NCBI GenBank assembly: GCA_964304625.1
Contig: OZ199838.1
Location: 2,231,329-2,295,328 of the forward strand
Origin: Kudoa neothunni
Taxonomy: Eukaryota > Animalia > Cnidaria
Length of the DNA: 64,000 bases
Direction: 5' to 3'
This document shows, piece after piece, positions 54,540-64,000 of the stretch; position 1 is the stretch's first letter; each line of letters starts with the position of its first letter. The position numbers were made by a program, and so were the translations under genes. Below the pieces are notes generated by a model, which was not told the origin of the DNA, ran no database searches, and saw only the letters and a program-made list of their open reading frames with translations.

Positions 54540-57500
54540 CTACGCTAACGAATACTCGAATTGAAAATGTTGTAGTCGTTGTTGAAATTCGGCAGATTGG
54601 TTGCTAGTGAAATAATAATATGAAATTAACAAATTCTATTCGAACAAAAGTACTTTAGGGTTTGAGCTTGATTTTCCAGATGTTTAAATTCGTGCATTTG
54701 TCTGTTGAGCTTTGAGATTTCGCTATCGGATTTTTGAATACTGTTATCGATTATAGCGCGTCCTTGTTTTAGTTTCAATCTCATTGCTCTACAAAAATTT
54801 TTATAAAGTAATAAATTGTTGTGGAATTACTTGGATGATATTTTACTGAATTCCACCGCAACCATTTGAATAGATTTTTTCAATCGTCTGCCAACATATC
54901 CCGCAAACTACGGAAAATTGGAATTAGAATTTTTTGTTATTTAATCATTTTACTTAAAGTTACGCACGCGCATATTTTTTTATATTAGCTTATGTACACG
55001 CTCTATATTTTACGATATTGAATGTTAATTATTTTTAATCATAATAATGAAATAACTAAATATTTCTCAATTCAAATTAAAGGGGTATTATGTAAACTGA
55101 ATGAGAATATTAAAATCAAAAATTAATCTAATCGAACTCGACACATTATTATAAAATACAAACCTGCCGTTTGTAAGATTGTTCTTTAGCTGCATCCGTC
55201 CATGTGACTTTTTCGTAGACATACACACTTGAATAAATTCCACCAATAGCCAGAATAAATCGAGGTCCAATAAATTTCCAGGCCTATAAAATTAATATAT
55301 ATTATTTTTCTTACACATAAATTCTATTAAAATATAAAATTAATTATTGCGTAATATTTAATAATATTTTATGCGCCGCGCACACACATCGGATTAACGA
55401 CAATAATAGTTTTTTAATTTCAACTCCTGCAAAAGAGCCGTTTACATACTAAATTATTTATAATCTGCTATATTTAATGTTATCTGATTATTATTATTTA
55501 TCATGTCAATAGTCAGTTTCAATTTTCATATTACAGAAATTGTAAAAAATATCATAAATTGTATCGAATCGCTATTTAAATCCAAAAGAAAGTATCTTTG
55601 GAAAAAACTGAAGAATGAATATAAGCCATTCAAACCAAAGGATTTTGTTTTGAGTATCCATGCGTTTAAGTTCACCAATTAATATTTTATACAGTGTCAC
55701 GTGATCTGTCGCCACGAAATTAAAAACCTTATATCTCATTTTTATATAAATTGGAGGAACAATTTATATAAAAATGATGGGAAAGAGTATTATTAATAAT
55801 CACACAGTCAATGTTGGTTGATAAATTTGAGTAAATTGATAAGTTTATGCCCGCGCATAAAAATAATTTAGCCTTATCTATCGTTGTATTTAATTTAACA
55901 GCTAGGCGATAGAATAACTTTCACGTTTATTACAATATTTTTTATTAAAAATAATAACCATTATATTAATGTAAGTTTAGTTCTCGTTATATTTAAAGAT
56001 TTGTAGTCGTTGAAAATATAACAACAAGGCAGAAATAGAAATAATCAAATAAAACATTTAGACCAGAATTAGCTGATTCTATCGCCTATAAATAGTAGTT
56101 ATAAGAACATAAAATTGAATCGACGCGTGCGCGGATTATTTTTAGGATTAAATTTTTTCGTTACTATAACTACAAACTTACGACGAATAAGCAAACGCGG
56201 GAAAATTGTCCAAAAAATTAACAGCGCACGCGCGCCAATTTTATGATTAACATTTAATCCATTAAAAAATTTATTTAAATATTACAGCGAAAAATCCAAA
56301 TGCATATATTTAAGACTTATTTTCTCAAATTTATGGTTTTTTAGTTAACTATGAGCCCATAACTGAATATTTGAATAATTGAATAAATAAATAAATAAAT
56401 AAATAAAGAATATATAATATAGAAAGTGGTAAACGCCGCAGAAAATTTAAAAAATTACCATTCCAACAGAAATTAGTAATAATCCTGAGGTGGTAGAGGT
56501 CATCAAGCCAACTGCATGTAGAATGGCAGGATTGACGCCATTATCATCGATACTACTACTACTGCTGCTGCGAGGAGCGCCAACCATTTTCAAACTATTC
56601 ACCCTTCCATTGGATTTGGTTGGACTTCTTTCACTCCTTGACACTTTGCTACCGTTTTTCTGACTTCGAGTCTTTTGAGTAGTATGAGACGGTGGCGAAC
56701 CGATACCACTACTATTGGTGTTTGTAGCAGAGCTGGTTGTAGGATAATTGGCTTCATCATCAGAAACAATTTTTCTGCGTGGTAACGAGGTTGGAAATAG
56801 AGAATCTGAAATGTTGGGATTATACAATGAAATAACCCAACTCAGAATAGCTGAGGGGCTTAATGAGAATCGGAACTTGATGTCGCCATTAAAATCTTGA
56901 CTTAACGCACTAACGTATAGTGGAAAGTTGAAATTCATTTTGAACGGTTCACCTATAGTGGTTAAGATTGGGCTGTTGTTCTGTGCTGCTATCTTGGCGG
57001 TAGCATCATGGGTGGCATTGTTCACAAATGAAAGGATTGAATTTTGAACAGTTTCAATCATCAAGGAGACATCCTGATTACATCGCTGGACCATTAATCG
57101 TTCAAGTCCACTCTCCACATGTGTCACAAGTTGATTTTTGTACTGCTCCAACAACATAGGATTATCGTAAAAAGGATAGTGGAACGAGTTAACAATTTTG
57201 CTAATTTGAGAGCATTCGTTGAGGAGATTAGAGGAAATAATAGTGAAAATATCGTTTTCAGTTTCAGTTATTTGTTTTTCCATAGAATCCATCGCTTGCT
57301 GACGAATATTTTCTTGGTGCTCGCGAACAGCTTTGTGTTGTTCCAAAAGCTGCAGTGACTGCTCTTTTACCGACTGAAGATAGCTTTGAATAACCTTCAC
57401 ATGTTTATTGATATCGTTCACTATAGCAAGTGCTCTATCAGATCGAGTTTTGAATTTGGTATTGATGGCTGATTTGGAGAGTGATTTGTGGAAGGTGAAT

Positions 57501-58657
57501 TCAAATTTTTCAAACTCTCGTAGTCGATCCTCATATCCAACCAGATGGAATACATTCTGGTTGTAACTATCCGGAGTGGTGAGGGACGACGTCGATCTGT
57601 TAGCGTATTGGTTTGGAGGATTATGAGCAATTCTAGATTGCAAAGTTTCTCTGGCCGAAGTGAAAAATATCATTTGCTGAGCGTCATTTTTTGAAGCACA
57701 TTTGAGCTCATTAACCAAAAAATCCACTCCACGCTCCATGTGTTGTGATCTCACTGCATCAATATCATCTGGCTCCAACGCTGACGCATCCCATCTGTTG
57801 TTCAATATGAAAATGTTCGGTCTGGACACATATTTGTTCACACGATGAAAGAATTTCTTTTCAGAATTGTTCAATGTGGATTCGGCATTGGTAACCAACA
57901 CAAACACATCAGCATCACGACAATATTTCTCAATCCAAACATCCAAATCCGGACTAACATCAACTCCAGGACTGTCAACAAAAACCACCTCATTCGACAG
58001 TATTGGGCATTTATCAGTAGGCCAATACAACTGAATTAAACTGCTTGGATCCAATCGATCGTCATTCAATGCGGAAGCCAACTGTTTCAAATTGGAAACA
58101 GGTCGCTTTTCGTTGCATCGATCCACCAAAATGTACGGTTCATTCTCAGAGGTTCCGTGCATAGAAACAAAACAACTGGTGGTGTGTCCAATTCCAGACG
58201 GTAGAATTTTATCATTCAACAACGAATTGATAACGGTGCTTTTGCCGTTGCTTGTTCTCCCAAAAAACGCGACCTTCATTGTGTCTCTTAATGAAACTTC
58301 AAGAATAGAGTTGATTTGTTCTTTGTAATCGTTTATTAGATTTTTAAAATAGTCATTCTGTATGTTTTCAATATTAAAGTCATTCTCAATCAGTTTTAAA
58401 AGCTCTGGATCGTTAATGTAGCCACCACAGGAATGGAAAAACTTTTCAACGTTGACCAAATAGAAATTGAGCTCGCTGAAGATTTTGGTAACACATTTTT
58501 TAGCTGTAACAAACTTCTGCAAAGGTTTCACATCAAAATCCATACGGCTTTTTCTCCACTTGAAATTAATCTTTTCGGAACGATCATTAATCCCACCCTC
58601 ATTGTGCAGTGGGCCCTCAGTGTTGTGGCTGGGTTTTTTTGATAACAGTCGCTTCAT
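54540..58657 (-). CDS. MFN: Mitofusin (Fzo/Marf family), 2.2-kb first exon plus four short 3' exons
   Basis: KVAFFGRTSNGKSTVIN, LPSGIGHTT, DSPGVD, DADVFVLV.NAESTL, NNRWD, FFTSARE, YEKVTWT..AKE..YKRQF, C-terminal HR2. Confidence 0.93.
55903..56088. mobile_element. Small MITE in mitofusin intron 1
   Basis: TAGGCGATAGAAT ... ATTCTATCGCCTA, perfect 13-bp inverted termini. Confidence 0.6.
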
Positions 58658-60592
58658 TGCAAGATCAAATAGTTGACTAATCTATGACGTTTCTACCCGG
58701 TTGCCAGTTCGTCTCACACTAGATTATCCCCATAATTCGGAAACGCATTATCTCACACCCTTCTAACCACCCATTTATTTAGTTAACTATAGTTGACACC
58801 TTGAATCGTTAATTTACGCCCTATTTTTAAACACAATCTTTACAAAACTGGAAGTGTGATTTTTAACAGGCTTTTCTTTATGTTTTGAACATAAGCTTTA
58901 AGTTTAGTTTGTTTATAATCTCACCATATTAGTTGTATTGAAGGTCGGATGTCACGTTTATAATTAGTTGTGATTTTTGAAAAAAACCTTGAATTCCTTA
59001 TAATTTATAATTATAATTAAATCTGTCGATATATTTCTATTTTATGACGCATTTTTGAGTTGGAAAAGATTCGTAATTACTTTTTGATAAAGCTACTATA
59101 TAATTTGTCCAAAGGTTTTACAATTCAAAAATAATTCAATTAATTCAATAAATGCTAAAAAAAAGTAATAAGATAAGATTCATTTTTAACAGCATAATCT
59201 TTTTATTATAATTTTCTGGTAAAAATTGGTAAAATAGCACGTTATTCTTGGCGAATATTGGAAATTTATAGCTCTCGTTTCAAACTTTTCTATTGATTTT
59301 AGATTTATCGTAATAAGCTTAACGCTGGCTACTGATTTAAAACATTTTTATTGTAGTAAGTGCATCTAATTCGGTGGTTTTGTTAAATTAATGGATAATA
59401 AATCTTTAATATTATTTATTTTGTTAATATATACTTACTAACACGGATTGCCTAGATCCGCATGGGATTCAAATTATTTTATCGTATAAGAACATGCTAA
59501 AAAATCAAAATATACAAATTTTATCGATTAATTCAGATAATAAATTAAATTAACTACTTTTTTAAATATCATACTTACAAGGATTGCGATTATCGACATT
59601 AAATTCATGGCCATTTTTAAGTAGGGATGTACCAAACCTGGCTTTCAATTAATAATTTTGTAGCCCACAACCAATACTAAATAATTTAAGGTCAGTGCCA
59701 TATTTTGTTGCATTACTGGATTATTTAAACTCCTCTAAAATTTTTATCTAAAACGTTATTTTTGGACCTGGACTTTTTCAAACTCGAATATTGGCTCGGC
59801 TCAGAATGTTGGTGTACCACTGTTTAAGGGAGCTAAAAAATAGAATAAGATATTGTGATGAACAAAACTTTACGAGAATTAATTCTCATTGCTCAAATTA
59901 ATATCACTCTGCCTGGCATAAACTTTAATGGGCTCTTTTCCTCGGACGGCTACAAATCGCGTCCATACCAACATAAATAATTCAAATAATTAGATGAATT
60001 AAAAGTTCAAACATCTGCATCAGAGGAAGCTCGTGTATGAGAATTTTTGAAATGCAGCATTCTCTGGTTACCTCGGTATTTACATAATCCTTCCCCTTAC
60101 GTGTGTATCCGCTAGTACATACACATAATTATTTCGTGATAGATTGAATTTTTTAAAAATAACATTTTAAATATATGCGGAGTCAAAATTATTTTATATC
60201 ATTTGAACTATAAAATACAATTTTTTATCTATTACAATAAGACTCATAGGATTACATGATTTGATTCTTAAAATAATAGAGACAATAAATGTTTCACCGC
60301 ATAAATCCTTGAAACATTACAAATTTTAATTTTCATGACTCATAATACAATTGAAATCCGTCTATTTTGTAGCAAGTGGAAATCCTTTATATTTCTATAC
60401 ATTTCCCCTGCCGCAATTACTATACATTGCAATTAACGTTGTATGATATTTTCCTTGTGTTAGTTGGCGGATTCTGAAAAATCATTTGATGAAACCCCGT
60501 ATACTTATAAAAAATCTATTTATATTTCAATTTAATTAGTTTATACTCTTTTTTGGGAAAGAGAAAGATAATTGTGATTATTTACCAATTAA

Positions 60593-61602
60593 CCCTTATA
60601 AGGTACACAAAACCGACTACATTCAAACAACTTGTGGTCTTTTTGACCCCGATTTTGTATCTTACGACAATTAACAAAAAAATATTTCAAAATGTCATAC
60701 GAACTTTAAAAAATTTATATCGACAGAATTTTGAGAAAAATGTGATTCACTGAGCCAGTTAATCCTACAAAATCCTATTCGGTAGGTTTATAAACGTTTC
60801 ATAAATTTTCGTTTAAATAAGTTAACAATCTTTCATACTATAGACAGAGAAATAAATATAAAGGAAAGAAAAAATATTTGAATATCGAAGCCAATAGATT
60901 TTTATTTTAGTCACTGATTATACTTACTCAAATAATGGAATCGACCAAAATATCCTCACAACTAATGAATCGAGTGTTTATTATTTATCATTTTAGCGAG
61001 TAAACATTTACAGAACATTTTCTTAAAGTTTGATCCCTTCATTTCGATTTCTCACGAATAATATGAATAGGATGTTTTAGTTACATTCTGATCCTTTGAT
61101 TATCAACAGGTAATGGTTAGTAGAAACATAATAAATATTATACTGTTTAATTTTAAACATCAAAAATTGATTAAAAATCTAATAATTTAAATTCTAAACA
61201 TGCAACACGCATCATGTTTGATTTTATCAGCGAACTTGTACGAAGTGTTATGTTAGCTTGTCGAATTGACTTCGGGAGGATTAACGTGCCCAATGAATCG
61301 TCTTTTTTTCAAAATTCAGCCAGTAGAAATTCCCCAAAACTTGTGTGACATTTGAAATATTTTTTTATTAAATATCCTAAAATAAAAACCTGGCTTCCAA
61401 AAGACCTCAAGTTCTTTGGAGTGTATTTTTTTTAATTAAATGCGAAATTTTGTTAATTTTTTTAATTCAAAGTTTATTAAGTTGTAAATATTGTAATTTC
61501 ATGGAAACAACAATATTTTAAATGTTTCGAAATAATAAGTAACATGTTATAATCAATTTAAAATTACTTTGGGGTCCAAAAGACCCCAAATTCGTTATAG
61601 CG
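60593..61602. mobile_element. piggyBac-like non-autonomous element
   Basis: TTAA|CCCTTATAA...GGTCTTTTTGACCCC and GGGGTCCAAAAGACCCC...TTATAGCG|TTAA; degenerate TIRs with palindromic subterminal motif. Confidence 0.6.
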
Positions 61603-62591
61603 TTAAGTACATCTACATTATTGATCTGAAATTTATATATTTACCTTATTTATTTCATTTCAAAAATACTCCATATTTAGGAGCGTGTTAATAATTCACA
61701 AAGAATCAGTGTGCAATGCTGGACCTTTATTGCTATCGTATTGATATAATAAAATATAAGAAGTTCTTTTCAATTTAATTATTTTTGTAAACTTTGAAAT
61801 TTCATAATTATGATATTTAATATTAACAAACATCCCCCTTTTCTTGAAAAAGCACAAAAATATTTAAACAGAATTGTTGCGATACACAGCTCCAACAAAC
61901 CATCCAAGGGACATTTTTATCGGTGTGTCATGAAGCTACGCAGAACCTTCTACGGAATGGAGGCATTGTGCGATTCATATTGCCAGCTGACTTAAGTTTT
62001 AGCTTAATCTATAGCACGTAGGTAAAATCAGCTTTTTGGTGCTATTCTTAAAATACTAATTGGGTTAAAAATAAATGATTGTTTCTTCATAGAAAATTTA
62101 TTCAAATTTGAACAATGGTTACAAATATTTTCTAATGCATTGTAACACCCCCCTCACTAATTTAAACTGCAGGTCGCCACTTGACATTATATTAGATTTA
62201 CATCTAGCTGCGCATGAAGAATTTAATATTTCATCTTTTGTTGTATATTATAAGAATAGAACCCCTCCAAAATGCTATATTAGCGATTAGCGTGTAACTG
62301 AAAACTATATATGTTCAATATTTAGAAAAGATCTATTTCTAATATACATTTTTTAAATACATTCACTGTAATTAATACATAATATTAAAATTCCTTGAAG
62401 AATGTATCAAGAACATTCTAGAAATAAATTAAAGCTATCTAATAATGTTAATGTATTTATTAATAAGTATCAATCGAATATATGCATTTGTTAGAGTTGA
62501 TTTATAATACTTTATAAGGATTGTGATATTTATATTTTATTAATTATGAAAATAATTCGTATTCTAATAATAAATTGTTGCTATACTATGT

Positions 62592-64000
62592 TTATAATTC
62601 GTAAGCAGTGTCTTTGGATTTTCTTCGGAACACGACCGAACCTATCACCACTAGCAATGCTCCTACGATCGGTACCATTGCGTATACACTAAGAAAAAAT
62701 TATTAAAAAACGAATAAACTCTTTACATGTATTTGCTAACAGACCTAAATTAAATTAAATAAAAAAAATGAATTAAAAATACGAATGACTGTTCTTGGCA
62801 GCCTCATATTCGTGCTTCTTTTCACTATCTACAGATTTTTTAATACAGCTTATTGTCATAATTTTACTAAAAATATATTAAAAAAGTTAGAAAATTCAGT
62901 GTACCCTTTTGCAATCTTTACAATCGTTTTTTCAAAGATATCGTATATATCAATGTTGGTATATTCACTTTTTATATTTTGTCCTTCTGCTAATATTTAA
63001 GAAACAAAATCATCCATACAAATTTACTAAAATAATTAATTAAAATCATATAGTTTAAAAATGTTTCATTACCCTGAAGGTTGTGATATTTTCGAGTCTA
63101 TATTACATAATATAATTAATCAACAAGAAATAATAACATATATATTAATTTTATATTACACGGAATCTCGTGAATTTTATATTTCGAGAAATCCTTTACT
63201 TTCACACTCAACCTATAATCTTTTTTCCTGGATAGTCCGTTGATACCGATAAGACAACCATTGGATGAACATCCTTCTTCATCATTACACCAAAAAACTA
63301 TTGGTTTTTGATTTTCATCATCTGTTTTTTCGTGCAACATAAAGGGGCATTTCGAAGTTGTCGATTTATCAGTAAACAATACATTAATTGCTATACCATT
63401 ATCACCATAAGATGTATAAGTAACCGATGTATCGACATTAGCTATAGGCTATTATATCATAATAAAATCCAAAATTTATTACTAGTAGTAACTTCAAATA
63501 TTCTTGGTTTTTTACCACCAGATGGCTCCACAGTAACATCATAGGTTACCCCCAATTCTAGGTTAACAATTTTGAATGGGCTGTCACATTTATTTTCACA
63601 GGCTCCCATTCCTTCACAAGAAGCCATAAACTTGGCATTTGGGTCACCTTTTTTTTTTAGATAAATTCTACATACTGGAAGCGAATCGTGTTTTTGAAAA
63701 GGTGTAACAGTAACATTTCCCGCCTTTATAGATATTTGAGAAGTTGAATCTGTTAACTTTTCCTCACCAGCTAAATAAATCTAATATTATTATTATTATA
63801 AGCTAAACTTACTCGTTCTAAAGGAAATTTTTTTGATATAACCGTTTGTCACACCAAAGTTTCTAACTGTTACTGTAATTATATAACTGGTATCAGCTGT
63901 TAGGCTGGTAATCGAATATGACTCCTCACAGTTAATGTCACATTCACCTCCAGTACAAAGAGCTCTTTTTTCAGTAGATATCGTATTTGCTTTAGAAATA
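62592..64000 (-). CDS. Type I membrane protein with tandem Cys-containing FN3-like domains; 5' end lies beyond the window
   Basis: Phase-1 exons each encode a repeat ending (I/L)..L....Y.(I/V/L).V (ITSLTADTSYIITV, IVNLELGVTYDVTV, INGLSRKKDYRLSV). Last exon reads VYAMVPIVGALLVVIGSVVFRRKSKDTAYEL*. Confidence 0.65.

Noticed and set aside
2571-58657. Functional mitochondrial gene cluster (HSPA9, FIS1, mitofusin)
   Set aside because: Three of about 13 genes, interleaved with unrelated genes; compatible with chance without synteny data.
1-64000. Prokaryotic systems (CRISPR, operons) or a reassigned genetic code
   Set aside because: No spacer arrays. In-frame stops in host genes resolve as short introns (ENPP frameshifts aside), and TAA, TAG and TGA all serve as terminators.

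Overview
AT-rich eukaryotic nuclear DNA. The genes are metazoan-type but highly divergent, with many short (about 25-70 nt) GT-AG introns and intergenic or intronic space full of decayed DNA transposons. This profile fits a fast-evolving, compact animal parasite such as a myxozoan or orthonectid, but that is inference only. Spliced genes reconstructed by hand, in order: 3' end of a TMEM63/OSCA channel (+), mitochondrial HSP70 (-), GMPPA (+), WDR83 (-, with tRNA-Arg(UCU) in an intron), an ENPP-family ectoenzyme with two frameshifts (+), a cystathionine gamma-lyase-family enzyme (+), TM9SF2/4 (+), a secreted five-Kunitz protein (+), CRCP/RPC17 (+), FIS1 (+), XPC (+), mitofusin (-), and the 3' part of a Cys-rich FN3-like type I membrane protein (-). 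Mobile elements include a TIR/TSD-bounded Buster-type hAT, a pogo-like relic, piggyBac-like MITEs and other TIR elements. The most striking structure is the five-Kunitz gene sitting between two inverted ~1-kb repeats with a candidate 6-bp TSD, which looks like a gene-carrying composite element. Gene models were read by eye and need RNA-seq confirmation.
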